Origin: Desulfuromonadales bacterium | Lineage (GTDB): Bacteria > Desulfobacterota > Desulfuromonadia > Desulfuromonadales > SZUA-540 | Direction: 5' to 3' | Assembly: GCA_033549025.1 (NCBI GenBank) | Contig: JAWSUS010000003.1 | Span: 32,001-96,000, forward strand | DNA length: 64,000 bases | Position numbers and translations under genes: made by a program | Shown: positions 1 through 9,729 of the stretch, piece after piece | How positions within the stretch are numbered: position 1 is the stretch's first letter | Layout: each line of letters opens with the position of its first letter | Notes under the pieces: model-generated | What the model was told of the DNA's origin: nothing | What the model saw: the letters and a program-made list of their open reading frames with translations, nothing else | Database searches by the model: none

Positions 1-906
1 GGTTGTATAGTGCAGGGCCTTGGCGGGATCCATGGATTTGAGAAGCTTCATGGAACCGATGCCGATGACGGAGAAGATCAGGCCGACCATGGCCAGGGCC
101 AGCGGCAGCAGCATGGCGTTGGCCTGAATGACGCTGAGCTCGACGCCCGGAACCGACAGGTGAGTCAGCAGTTCGGTGCTGGCCGCAGCGGCAATCGCAA
201 TGGTAGCGATAATGGAACCGACGTAAGATTCAAAAATATCGGCGCCCATGCCGGCCGTGTCGCCGACGCAGTCACCGACGTTGTCAGCAATAACGCCAGG
301 GTTGCGGGGGTCATCCTCAGGGATGCCGGCCTCAACCTTGCCGACCAGGTCGGCACCGACGTCAGCTGCCTTGGTATAGATGCCGCCGCCCACGCGGGCG
401 AACAGGGCGATAGAAGAGGCGCCCATGGCGAAACCGTTAATGTAACGGGCGTGCTCAGCATCACCAAACAGAATAAAGGCGATGCCAACACCGACCAGAC
501 CGAGGGAAGCAACGGACATCCCCATGACGGCGCCGCCGTTGAAGGAGACCTCCAGAGCTTTGGCCTGACCGGACTGGCGAGCGGCCTCGGCCGTGCGCAC
601 GTTGGCACGGGTGGCAGCCTTCATGCCGATAAAGCCGCAGATCATTGAACAGATCGCGCCACCGAGAAAGGCAAAAGCGGTCTGGGGACCCATGCCGGCA
701 AAAATAAGGAAGAAAACCAACACGATAAAGATAGCGAGAACCTTGTACTCCCTGCGCAGGAAGGCCATGGCCCCAGCGTGAATCGCTTCAGAAATTTCCT
801 TCATTTTTTCGTTGCCGACCGGCTGGCCTTTAACCATGCCATACAGCACGATGGCAATGACGAAACCGATCACCCCCAGAATGGGTGCATACATTTGCAG
901 TTCCAT
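1..906 (-). CDS. hppA: membrane-bound H+/Na+-translocating pyrophosphatase (5' part; runs off window)
   Basis: Not in the ORF track. Manual translation from ATG 906 gives MELQMYAPILG...GGGIYTKAADVGADLVGKVEAGIPEDDPRNPGVIADNVGDCVGD, the mPPase catalytic signatures. Confidence 0.95.
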   Translation of the reverse strand, partial: MELQMYAPILGVIGFVIAIVLYGMVKGQPVGNEKMKEISEAIHAGAMAFLRREYKVLAIFIVLVFFLIFAGMGPQTAFAFLGGAICSMICGFIGMKAATRANVRTAEAARQSGQAKALEVSFNGGAVMGMSVASLGLVGVGIAFILFGDAEHARYINGFAMGASSIALFARVGGGIYTKAADVGADLVGKVEAGIPEDDPRNPGVIADNVGDCVGDTAGMGADIFESYVGSIIATIAIAAAASTELLTHLSVPGVELSVIQANAMLLPLALAMVGLIFSVIGIGSMKLLKSMDPAKALHYTT

Positions 907-936
907 GTTGTTTCGTTCCCTCTCTTTCCTCTGATT

Positions 937-1512
937 TTAATTGCGAACTTCTCGACTATTGAATTCGTTCATGGCACGCTCAGCCCCCTTTTCGAGAACT
1001 GCCTCCACGGCCATGGCTGCATCTTCAAGTACATCCTCAAGGCTCTGTCGCTCTTTCGCCGAAAAAGGACTGAGCACATAACCGGCGACATCTCCGCCAG
1101 GAGCAGGCCTACCGACACCGATCTTGACCCGGACAAAATCACCTGTGCCCAACACCTGCCGGATATGGCGAATACCGTTGTGACCGCCATGTCCTCCCCC
1201 TCGTTTAATCTTGAGGGCGCCGAAGGGCAGATCGATATCGTCATGGACGACAATCAAATCCCCCGGCTCAACACCGAGGGATTTGCAGGCGGAACCTACG
1301 CTGGCTCCGCTGAGGTTCATAAAGGTTTGGGGGAGAAGCAGGGTAACCTCTTCTCCAGCAACGCGGCCCGTCGCGTAAATCGCCTGGTGACCGCTTTTTT
1401 TCAGGGAGGTGCCGGAGCGCTCAGCGACTTTCTGGACAGCAAGAAAACCGATATTGTGTCTCGTGCCGGCATATTTGCTGCCGGGGTTTCCCAGCCCAGC
1501 CACCAACTTCAA
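937..1512 (-). CDS. pth: peptidyl-tRNA hydrolase
   Basis: GLGNPG..Y..TRHNIGF, PQTFMNLSG, HDDIDL and GGHNG motifs; TTG start. Confidence 0.97.
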   Translation of the reverse strand: MKLVAGLGNPGSKYAGTRHNIGFLAVQKVAERSGTSLKKSGHQAIYATGRVAGEEVTLLLPQTFMNLSGASVGSACKSLGVEPGDLIVVHDDIDLPFGALKIKRGGGHGGHNGIRHIRQVLGTGDFVRVKIGVGRPAPGGDVAGYVLSPFSAKERQSLEDVLEDAAMAVEAVLEKGAERAMNEFNSREVRN

Positions 1513-1514
1513 GA

Positions 1515-2120
1515 TCAGGCCTCTTCAACCGCCTCTTCAGCAGCACCCTCTTCTTCCTCACTCTTGCGGCCAGTCACGGTGATAACCGTGAAATTGACAT
1601 CGTGAGGCACCTGGATCCCTTCCGAAAGCACGAGGTCTTCAACGTGAAGAACATCACCGATATTCATTTCGGTCACGTCGACCTCAATCGCCGCAGGGAT
1701 CGCCGAGGGGAGGCAGACCACTTCCAATTCGTGGCGGATGACCTGCAGGTTGCCGCCCTCTTTTTCGCCCTTGGATTTTCCGACAGGGTGAACGGGAACC
1801 ATGACATGCGTCTTCTTGCCCATTTCAATGGCTTGAAAATCGGCATGCATCATATCACGACGGATAGGATCAACCTGCAGATCCTTGATGATGACCACCT
1901 TGCCTTCAACCTCCGGTACACCCTTGAGAGAAATGAGGGTATTCCAGCCGGCCTCGGTCGCTATGGCCTCCTGCAGAGCTTTCGGCTCTACCGTCACGGA
2001 ACAGGGTTCCATACCTTTTCCATAGACGACAGCGGGAATCCGCTCCTGCCGGCGAAGGCTACGTGCGCCACCTTTTCCGATTCTTTCACGTGCAGAGACG
2101 ACCAGTTCCGTATTTGCCAT
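1515..2120 (-). CDS. rplY: 50S ribosomal protein L25 / general stress protein Ctc
   Basis: GKGGARSLRRQERIPAVVYG and HADF motifs; ATG 2120 with GGAGG RBS; synteny with prs and pth. Confidence 0.95.
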   Translation of the reverse strand: MANTELVVSARERIGKGGARSLRRQERIPAVVYGKGMEPCSVTVEPKALQEAIATEAGWNTLISLKGVPEVEGKVVIIKDLQVDPIRRDMMHADFQAIEMGKKTHVMVPVHPVGKSKGEKEGGNLQVIRHELEVVCLPSAIPAAIEVDVTEMNIGDVLHVEDLVLSEGIQVPHDVNFTVITVTGRKSEEEEGAAEEAVEEA

Positions 2121-2189
2121 TGATTGTTCCTCCATAAATTTGTGCTGCCAGCTGGCAACCAAACCAACTATCTTGAATTATTGACCTAT

Positions 2190-3131
2190 CTAAATAAACA
2201 ACGAGCTGACTGACTCATCGCCATGGATGCGGCGAATGGATTCAGCCAGTATTTCTGCCACGGAAAGAACGCGCAGCTTCGAGCAGGTCGACAGCTTGTC
2301 CTGAACGGGGATCGTGTTGGTGATCACCACTTCCTCGAGGCAGCTGTCACTGATCCGCTCAAGGGCGGGTCCGGAAAGGACGGCATGAGTGGCACAGGCA
2401 TAGACAGCGGCAGCGCCCTTCTCTTTCAGAGCCTGGGCCGCCTGGCAAAGCGTTCCCGCCGTGTCGATCATATCGTCGACGATAATGCAGGTCTCCCCCT
2501 TGACATCACCAATGATGTGCATAACTTCGGAGACATTGGGCCCGCTGCGACGTTTGTCGATAATGGCCAGACCGGCGTCGAGCCGTTTGGCGTACGCCCT
2601 GGCTCTTTCCGTTCCTCCCGCATCGGGCGACACGACCACCACGCGGCCGGGGAAACGGGCACAGACATCCGCAAGGATAACCGGAGCCGCGTAGAGATGA
2701 TCGACGGGAATATTGAAAAACCCCTGGATCTGACCGGCGTGCAGATCCATCGTCAACACGCGGTCGGCGCCCGCTGTACTGACCAAATCAGCAACGAGCT
2801 TGCTGGTGATCGGGGTCCGCGGCGCGACTTTACGATCCTGGCGGGCATAGCCAAAATAGGGTACAACCGCTGTGATCCTGGCTGCCGATGCCCTCTTGAG
2901 GGCATCCATCATGATCAGAAGCTCCATGATGTTGTGGTTGGACGGCGCACAGGTTGACTGAACGACATAGACGTCCCTGCCGCGCACATTCTCGCCGACC
3001 TCCACCATGATCTCCCCGTCAGAGAAGGTTTTGACCTTGGCGTTGCCCAGAGGTACGGCCAATTGGCCACAGATCTCACGGGCCAAAGGAATATTGGCAT
3101 TGCCGGAAAATATCTTCAGCTTGTCCACCAT
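2190..3131 (-). CDS. prs: ribose-phosphate pyrophosphokinase
   Basis: [23 protein letters not shown] and [10 protein letters not shown] motifs; start set at MVDKLKIF. Confidence 0.98.
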   Translation of the reverse strand: MVDKLKIFSGNANIPLAREICGQLAVPLGNAKVKTFSDGEIMVEVGENVRGRDVYVVQSTCAPSNHNIMELLIMMDALKRASAARITAVVPYFGYARQDRKVAPRTPITSKLVADLVSTAGADRVLTMDLHAGQIQGFFNIPVDHLYAAPVILADVCARFPGRVVVVSPDAGGTERARAYAKRLDAGLAIIDKRRSGPNVSEVMHIIGDVKGETCIIVDDMIDTAGTLCQAAQALKEKGAAAVYACATHAVLSGPALERISDSCLEEVVITNTIPVQDKLSTCSKLRVLSVAEILAESIRRIHGDESVSSLFI

Positions 3132-3257
3132 GGACCCCCACCGGTAGCTTGGAAAAAGTTGTAGGCCATGGAAACCCATGACCTAACCGAAAAAAGAAGT
3201 GATATCGGATATCTGAAGCTCTCAAACCGGACAAGGGCCTGAGGCCTGATAGATAAG

Positions 3258-3332
3258 TGGCTGGGGCGCCAGGATTCGAACCTGGGAATGCCGGAATCAA
3301 AATCCGGTGCCTTACCGCTTGGCGACGCCCCA
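3258..3332 (-). tRNA. tRNA-Gln (anticodon TTG)
   Basis: Minus strand TGGGGCGTCGCCAAGCGGTAAGGCACCGGATTTTGATTCCGGCATTCCCAGGTTCGAATCCTGGCGCCCCAGCCA folds as a cloverleaf with a GTTCGAA T-loop and encoded CCA. Usual position between ispE and prs. Confidence 0.97.
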
Positions 3333-3364
3333 TCAAATAAGCAATATCTTTCCCACTGAAACAG

Positions 3365-4210
3365 CTATACAGGCCGAACGGTCTCGGCTCGCCAACCCTG
3401 ATGCTCAAGACGGATTTTTCTGCAGGCCGTTTCAGCCTCCGCCTGGTCGTGAAAGACCCCGAAGACCGTCGGACCGCTACCCGACATCAACACGGCCAGG
3501 GCTCCCAGCTCGGACAGCCGTGATTTGACTAGGCCGACCTCCGGGTACCGCGACAGGGTTACCCGCTCAAGATCATTAACCACAAAAGACTTGAAATCTT
3601 GAGCTGTTTTGGGAAACCCGGGTAATCTATACTCATCCACCAGGCTTGTCAACCCCAAATTTTGATAAACCCAGGCCGTGGAAACAGCCACCCCGGGATT
3701 GACCAATACATACCACACATCAGGCAGGGGCTGCGGAAGAGGTTGCAGAAGATCGCCGATTCCCCGCGCGATTGCCGGCTGCCCATACAGGAAAAACGGC
3801 ACATCGGCCCCCAGAGAAGACCCGATTGACATCAACTCATCGCGAGACAAGCCAGCACCCAACATATCGTTCAATCCCTGCAGCACCGCAGCCGCATCAG
3901 AAGACCCGCCACCGAGGCCAGCCGCCACCGGAATATTCTTCTCAACAACCAGGTCAACACCCCACTCTTTCCCGAGGCGATCGATGAGCACCTCGGCAGC
4001 CCGGGCCGCAATATTTTTGGTGCCCGGCAAAAGGTCGACCCCCGGACAGGATACCCTCACACCCGGCACCTTCGACAGAGACAGCTCAATACGGTCATAC
4101 AGAGAGACGCACTGCATCACCATACACAGATCGTGATAGCCATCCTCGCGCTTACTAAGAACCTGCAGGCGTAAATTAATTTTAGCCGGAGCCAGAAAAA
4201 CCCGCTTCAC
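3365..4210 (-). CDS. ispE: 4-diphosphocytidyl-2-C-methyl-D-erythritol kinase
   Basis: APAKINL, DGYH, KNIPVAAGLGGGSSDAA, GADVPFF and MSGSG motifs; GTG 4210 preceded by GGAGG. Confidence 0.96.
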   Translation of the reverse strand: MKRVFLAPAKINLRLQVLSKREDGYHDLCMVMQCVSLYDRIELSLSKVPGVRVSCPGVDLLPGTKNIAARAAEVLIDRLGKEWGVDLVVEKNIPVAAGLGGGSSDAAAVLQGLNDMLGAGLSRDELMSIGSSLGADVPFFLYGQPAIARGIGDLLQPLPQPLPDVWYVLVNPGVAVSTAWVYQNLGLTSLVDEYRLPGFPKTAQDFKSFVVNDLERVTLSRYPEVGLVKSRLSELGALAVLMSGSGPTVFGVFHDQAEAETACRKIRLEHQGWRAETVRPV

Positions 4211-4250
4211 CGCCACCTCCGCAAAAAAACGATTACCTCTTGAGGCACGC

Positions 4251-4279
4251 ATCATTTGCGATGATTCAACAAATGTCAA
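4251..4279 (-). promoter_or_regulatory. putative sigma70 promoter of ispE operon
   Basis: TTGACA-N17-AATGAT on the minus strand about 40 nt upstream of the ispE start. Confidence 0.5.
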
Positions 4280-4444
4280 GCCGCCACTCTCAAAAAAACA
4301 CCAGCCGCAAAGGTCAAAATTGGCCACATTGGCTCTTTTTCGCCAGACAAAACAACGGCCCCGCCCTGAACATCCACGCCACCAAGATCCGTCCACCCTC
4401 GCGACAGAACCACCTGAGCGTAAAATACAAACGCTTTTTTAAAA

Positions 4445-4460
4445 TGGCACAGTAATCGCA
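4445..4460 (+). promoter_or_regulatory. putative sigma54 (-24/-12) promoter of TAXI-TRAP operon
   Basis: TGGCACAGTAATCGCA = GG-N10-GC, near consensus TGGCAC-N5-TTGC. Confidence 0.65.
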
Positions 4461-4679
4461 GACGTCTTTCAGCCACATCGGCTTGGCCATCCCCCTCAAA
4501 AGAAGCCTCACAGGGGAAAAACCAGCTCGTTCGCCTGCAGTAAATGATTGCAAAACATCAGTTCCCGTGTATATTTAATCCACCTTGGGGCCCGGCATTT
4601 TATACACGCTTTTTTCGGGTTCCAAGGAACAGAATATTGTTGTTTTATTTAACCCCCAACATTGTACAGGAGGAAAAAC

Positions 4680-5678
4680 ATGATCAAAACAGCAAGACTT
4701 ATGTCCCTCACGCTTTCAGCACTGCTGGTGGCGGCCATGACACTGGTCCCAAACATTGGCCACGCCCAGAAAACCCGCCTGGCTTTCTCCGGCGGCCCTG
4801 ACGGCGGCACCTTCCAGTATTTCTCCAACGGCATGGCCACCCGCCTTTCCAAAACCATCCCGAATGTCGAAGTCTCCAATATGGCTTCGGCCGGTTCCGT
4901 GGAAAACCTCCGCCGCGTTAACTCCGGCGAGGCCGATTTCGGCATTTCCTATTCGGGCGACACCTATCTGGCCCGTACCGGTCAACTGCCCAAAGACACC
5001 CGCAAATACGAGAACGTCCATGCCCTGGCCTATCTTTATGGGGCCCCGGCTCACCTGATCGTGCTTGACGGCAGCGGCATCAACGCCGTCAGCGATCTGG
5101 CTGGCAAGCGCATTGCCGTCGGTGGCGCAGGTTCCGGCGCCGCCGCCTCGGCCCAGCGTTATTTCGAGGCCCTTGGCTTGTGGGATAAGATGAATGTCGA
5201 GTTCATCGGCTACAGCAAGGCCGCCTCGGCTCTCGGCGACAAACTTATCGACGCTATGTGGGTATTTGCCGGCTTCCCCAACTCTTCGGTCATCCAGGCC
5301 GCGGCCAGCAACAAGATCAAGATTCTCAGCCTCTACGAAGCGGGTGAAAAAGGCGGCGCTTTCAAGAAGTATCCCTTCTACTCCCCGGTCACCATCCCCG
5401 CCGGCACCTACAGCGGCATCGACTACGACGTCAAAACCTTTCAGGATTCCGCCCTCTGGGTGGCCGGCAAGCACGTCGACAGCGAAGTCATCTATCAGGT
5501 GACCAAAGACATCTTCACCCCCGAAGGCCTTTCCTACCTGGTTAAAGTGAAGAGCACCGCCAAGGCCATGAGCGTTGAAGGGGCCCTCACCGGCATCGTC
5601 ACCCCGGTTCATGAAGGCGCCGAAAAACTCTGGAAGGAAAAGGGCCTGACCCTGACCCCCGAGCAGACTGCCCGCTAA
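4680..5678 (+). CDS. TAXI-family TRAP transporter solute-binding protein
   Basis: Signal peptide; SGGPDGGTF, SAGSVENLRR, TIPAGTY and PVHEGA motifs; AGGAGG RBS. Confidence 0.92.
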   Translation: MIKTARLMSLTLSALLVAAMTLVPNIGHAQKTRLAFSGGPDGGTFQYFSNGMATRLSKTIPNVEVSNMASAGSVENLRRVNSGEADFGISYSGDTYLARTGQLPKDTRKYENVHALAYLYGAPAHLIVLDGSGINAVSDLAGKRIAVGGAGSGAAASAQRYFEALGLWDKMNVEFIGYSKAASALGDKLIDAMWVFAGFPNSSVIQAAASNKIKILSLYEAGEKGGAFKKYPFYSPVTIPAGTYSGIDYDVKTFQDSALWVAGKHVDSEVIYQVTKDIFTPEGLSYLVKVKSTAKAMSVEGALTGIVTPVHEGAEKLWKEKGLTLTPEQTAR

Positions 5679-5718
5679 TCGCGAGGACACCTGACACATT
5701 ATCTTGACGCAACCACCT

Positions 5719-5750
5719 GAAAGCGGGGCTGACCATTCGGCCCCGCTTTC
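5719..5750 (+). terminator. intercistronic stem-loop after binding-protein gene (mRNA stabiliser or partial terminator)
   Basis: GAAAGCGGGGC...GCCCCGCTTTC inverted repeat. Confidence 0.55.
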
Positions 5751-5787
5751 CATCTGCCCGCACCCTAGCCTTTTCTAGAGAGCCTGT

Positions 5788-8229
5788 ATGTCGGAAGAAA
5801 AAAACAAAGAACTGGAAGAACTGGAAAATCTGAGCCCAGAGGAACAGGAAAAGCTGAAAAAGCTCATGGAGAAGGACGCCAAGTCCTACCGCTCTCCCAC
5901 GGGCTTTTTCAAAGGGCTGGTAGCCCTGCTGGGCGCGGGCATGGTCATTTTCTATTTTTACACCGCCGGCCTGGCGGCCGTAGCGACTCAGTACCATCGA
6001 GGGGTCTACGTCTTTGCCACCTACGTGCTGGTGTTTCTGCTTTACCCGGCCGGCAAGGTAAAAATCCGCCTCCCCCTTACGGCGGTTCTGTCCATTATCC
6101 TTTCCATGCTGGGGACTGCCCTCCTGTTTTTCTCCGACATGGCGACCTTCCATGCCCGGTTGCTGGAAATAGGCGACCACTACGCCGCTGACGGACTTGG
6201 CGGAGCGATTGCCTCGGCCGCCGGGCTTTGGCAGGTCGGCGTCGGTGCCGTGCTGATTTTCGCCCTGGTCACATTCGGCGACCGCCTCATTATGCGCCGA
6301 TCGGGAAGCAACCCGACGATTTCCGATATCCTCTTCGCCCTGCTCTCAGCAGCCGTGGTCTATTACTGGATGCACGAGTTCGAAAATCTCAATTACCGGG
6401 CCGGAGCGGAAAACGAGCTCGACGCCATGGTCAGCATTGTCGGCGTCTTTCTCTCTCTGGAAGTCTGCCGCCGCGTCCTCGGCTGGTCCATGACCCTCAT
6501 CGGCGTCGGCATGATTGTCTACGGTTATTTCGGCCCCTACTTCCCCGACATGCTCTCGCATCGCGGTTTCGGTATCGAGCGCCTGGCCACGGCTCTCTAC
6601 CTGACCACCAACGGGGTATTCGGCGTCATGGCCAACGTACTGGCCACCTACGTCATTCTCTTTATCTTTTTCGGTGCCTTCCTGCACAAGAGCGGAGCAG
6701 GCAAATTCTTTATCGACCTGCCCCTGGCCATTGCAGGGAACAGCACTGGCGGGCCAGCGAAGGTAGCGGTCATCGCCTCGGCCCTGTTCGGTTCTGTTTC
6801 GGGTAGCGCCATCGCCAACACGGTCTCCACCGGCGCCTTCACCATCCCTCTCATGAAACGAGCGGGATTCAAACCCCACGTGGCCGGCGCCATAGAGCCG
6901 GCCGCTTCCATCGGCGGCATGTTTCTGCCGCCCATTATGGGGGCCGGGGGCTTCCTGATGGCCGAACTGACCAATACCTCCTACGCCACCATCATGATGA
7001 TCGCCGTCTTTCCCGCCCTGCTTTACTTTTTTTCCGTCTTCTGCATGATTCACTTCGAGGCGAAGAAACAAGGGCTCAAGGGCATTCAGGGCGAAGAATT
7101 TCCACACTGGAAGGTCGTGCTCAAGCGTGAATGGTATTTCAGTTTGCCGCTGGTCATCATCACCGTGCTGATGATCATGGGTCGCTCTCCCGGTTATTCC
7201 GCTTTCTGGGCAACGATCTCGTGCGTTGTCATCAGCTGGTTCCGTAAAGAGACCCGCATGGGGATCAAGGAGATCTGGGAGGCCATTCTCACCGGTGCCA
7301 ACAACACCCTGATTATCGGCGCCACCCTCGGGGTTATCGGCATTATCGTCGGCACCATATCCCTCACCGGCATCGGCCTGAAGTTTTCCGATATCATCAT
7401 CTCCATGGCCCAGGGGAACCTCATGATGGCCCTGCTGCTGGTCGGCCTGGCGTCCCTGGTGCTCGGCATGGGGGTACCGGTGACGGCGGCCTACCTGATC
7501 ACTGCCGTACTGGCCGTGCCGCCCCTGGTCGAGATGGGTGTGCCCGTTATTGCCGCGCACATGATCGTCTACTGGCTCAGCCAGGATTCCAACATCACTC
7601 CACCGGTCTGCGTGGCGGCCTACGCCGGCGCCGCCATCGCCGGTTCGGACCCCTGGAAGACCGGATGGACCAGCTTCAAGTTCGCCAAGCTGCTCTATGT
7701 TATGCCGATCCTCTTTGCCTTCACACCGTCGATCCTCTTCCAGGCCAAGCCGATCAACGTCAAGATGCCGGAGATCCACGCCGAAGTCCCCTTTGCCTCC
7801 GTCCTCAAAGTCGACATCAAGGAAGGGGACGAGTTCGTCAAAGGCGACATCCTGGCGACCGTGCTGGTGGAAGACAAGCCGGTGGACATCAAGGCGAAAA
7901 AAGATGGTCGTGTCACCCAGGTCAAGACCTTTGCCGGCGGGCTGGCCAATCCCGGGGACGTGCTGATCGAAGGTGAGATCATCGCGACCAAGACCAAGGT
8001 GTTCTCCTCCTTCTTCTCGGCCGTCCTGGGAACCATCGCCTTCTCATCGCTGACCATGTTCTTCTGGATCCGCCGCACCAGTATCCCCGAATGGCTGATT
8101 CTGGCTGCCGCCACCATCCTGCTTTACTGGCCGACGTTGATTACGGATGCTGTCGGCATCGGCCTGGTGGCCATCGTCTTTATCATGCAGAAGGCTAAAA
8201 ACAAACGGGAACAGGCGCTGGCCGCCTGA
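5788..8229 (+). CDS. TRAP transporter 4TM/12TM fused permease with inserted lipoyl/biotinyl-like domain
   Basis: GGPAKVAVIASALFGSVSGSAIAN, PPIMGAGGF, LGMGVP and ITPPVC motifs; many TM helices. Confidence 0.93.
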   Translation: MSEEKNKELEELENLSPEEQEKLKKLMEKDAKSYRSPTGFFKGLVALLGAGMVIFYFYTAGLAAVATQYHRGVYVFATYVLVFLLYPAGKVKIRLPLTAVLSIILSMLGTALLFFSDMATFHARLLEIGDHYAADGLGGAIASAAGLWQVGVGAVLIFALVTFGDRLIMRRSGSNPTISDILFALLSAAVVYYWMHEFENLNYRAGAENELDAMVSIVGVFLSLEVCRRVLGWSMTLIGVGMIVYGYFGPYFPDMLSHRGFGIERLATALYLTTNGVFGVMANVLATYVILFIFFGAFLHKSGAGKFFIDLPLAIAGNSTGGPAKVAVIASALFGSVSGSAIANTVSTGAFTIPLMKRAGFKPHVAGAIEPAASIGGMFLPPIMGAGGFLMAELTNTSYATIMMIAVFPALLYFFSVFCMIHFEAKKQGLKGIQGEEFPHWKVVLKREWYFSLPLVIITVLMIMGRSPGYSAFWATISCVVISWFRKETRMGIKEIWEAILTGANNTLIIGATLGVIGIIVGTISLTGIGLKFSDIIISMAQGNLMMALLLVGLASLVLGMGVPVTAAYLITAVLAVPPLVEMGVPVIAAHMIVYWLSQDSNITPPVCVAAYAGAAIAGSDPWKTGWTSFKFAKLLYVMPILFAFTPSILFQAKPINVKMPEIHAEVPFASVLKVDIKEGDEFVKGDILATVLVEDKPVDIKAKKDGRVTQVKTFAGGLANPGDVLIEGEIIATKTKVFSSFFSAVLGTIAFSSLTMFFWIRRTSIPEWLILAAATILLYWPTLITDAVGIGLVAIVFIMQKAKNKREQALAA

Positions 8230-8252
8230 ACCGCTGTCTCGCGAGGAACACC

Positions 8253-8702
8253 ATGAAAAGCATCAAGAAAATACTCTATGCGACCGATTTTTCGGAAAGT
8301 GCCGACGATGCGGCGGAATATGCACTAACTCTGGCCAAACTGGCAGGAGCCACCGTGCATGTCCTGCATGTTATCGGCGAATTGATGGACAGTCGCAAAA
8401 GCCAGATTCAGCCCGAAGCCTTTGCCATGCTGGAAAAGAATGTGGAGGTGCAGACGGTCAAGGAGATGGAGGACTTCTGTCAAAGCCGCTTCGGGGAGCA
8501 GATTCCCTATACGTCGGAAGTGGTCATCGGCACGCCCTTTCAGCAGATTATCGAAAAGGCCAAGGCTGTCAGCGCCGATCTGATCGTCATGGGCACCCAC
8601 GGGCGGACCGGCATCGAACATGTCATTGTGGGCAGCACCGCTGAAAGAGTGGTCAGACGCTCGAAAATCCCTGTTCTCACGGTACAGCAGCAGGCGAACT
8701 GA
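8253..8702 (+). CDS. universal stress protein
   Basis: ILYATDFS, DLIVMGTHGRTG and GSTAERVVR motifs. Confidence 0.95.
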   Translation: MKSIKKILYATDFSESADDAAEYALTLAKLAGATVHVLHVIGELMDSRKSQIQPEAFAMLEKNVEVQTVKEMEDFCQSRFGEQIPYTSEVVIGTPFQQIIEKAKAVSADLIVMGTHGRTGIEHVIVGSTAERVVRRSKIPVLTVQQQAN

Positions 8703-8731
8703 CTTACCCACAGTCCCGGAGGAATTCGGCC

Positions 8732-9709
8732 ATGAGCAAGCGTTTTTTTTACCTATGCATTCTTTTTATTCCGCTTTTAGCCGCCCTGCCCGCCAGCCTG
8801 GCCCTGGCCGCCCCCCCGCAGGTTCGCCTGGTGAGCGGCCCGGCTGGGGGAACTTTTGATGTGGTGGGAGACACGATCACCCGGCTGATCAATGAAAAAA
8901 GTGGCGAGATGGCCGTCAGCCGCAGCATCTCCGCCGGCTCGGTGGAAAACCTGCGCCGCCTCAGCTCCGGCGAGGCCGATCTCGGCATTGTCTACGCCGG
9001 CGATCTCTTCCTGGCCCAGCAGGGACGTTTGCCCTACGATGCCCGCACCTATGACAATGTGCTGCCCGCCGCCTATCTCTACAGCGCCCCAGCCCAGATG
9101 CTGGTACGCCAGGACAGCGACATCGAAACGGTAGAAGATCTGGCCGGCAAGCGCGTGGCCATCGGCGGGCCAGGCTCAGGCGCCGCCGCTGCCGCCCAGC
9201 TCTACCTGACCAGCATCGGCCTGTGGGACCGCATCCGCCCCGACTACACCGGCTATCAGGAGGCGGTCTCCGCCCTGGCGCACCGGTATATCGACGCCAT
9301 CTGGCTCTTCGCCGCTCTGCCCACGCCGGCAGCGACGCACGCAGCCGAAGCTTTTCCCGTGCGCCTGCTCGACCTTCAGGGGGCGGGAGACGCCTCGGGC
9401 TTCTTTACCGCTTACCCCTTTTTCGCACCGACCGTCATTCCGGCGGGAACCTATCCAGGTCTTGATCGTGATGTTTCGACCTTTTCGGATCGCGCCCTGC
9501 TGGCGGCCGGAGCCCAGGTACCCGAGGAAGCCGTACGCGAAGTTTTACGAAAAGTCTTTTCCGCTGAAGGCCTGGAGAGGCTGGGAGAGAGGGAGCCGAG
9601 CCTGGCCAACCTGAACAAACAGCAAGGCGTGCAGGCCAGGGTAACGCCGCTGCATCCCGGAGCCAGGATTTTCTGGAAAGAACAAGGTCTGCAGATACCG
9701 GCCCCTTGA
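8732..9709 (+). CDS. second TAXI-family solute-binding protein
   Basis: Signal peptide; SGPAGGTF, SAGSVENLRR, IPAGTYPG and PLHPGA motifs. Confidence 0.9.
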   Translation: MSKRFFYLCILFIPLLAALPASLALAAPPQVRLVSGPAGGTFDVVGDTITRLINEKSGEMAVSRSISAGSVENLRRLSSGEADLGIVYAGDLFLAQQGRLPYDARTYDNVLPAAYLYSAPAQMLVRQDSDIETVEDLAGKRVAIGGPGSGAAAAAQLYLTSIGLWDRIRPDYTGYQEAVSALAHRYIDAIWLFAALPTPAATHAAEAFPVRLLDLQGAGDASGFFTAYPFFAPTVIPAGTYPGLDRDVSTFSDRALLAAGAQVPEEAVREVLRKVFSAEGLERLGEREPSLANLNKQQGVQARVTPLHPGARIFWKEQGLQIPAP

Positions 9710-9729
9710 TTCTGTTGAAGGGGACATTC

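Noticed and set aside
10..1605. + strand ORFs 10..648 and 778..1605
   Set aside because: Antisense shadows of hppA and pth, with no recognisable motifs.
4535..4554. TGCA...TGCAAA upstream of the TAXI gene as a member of the enhancer family
   Set aside because: The spacer is 9 nt rather than 4, and it lies downstream of the predicted promoter.
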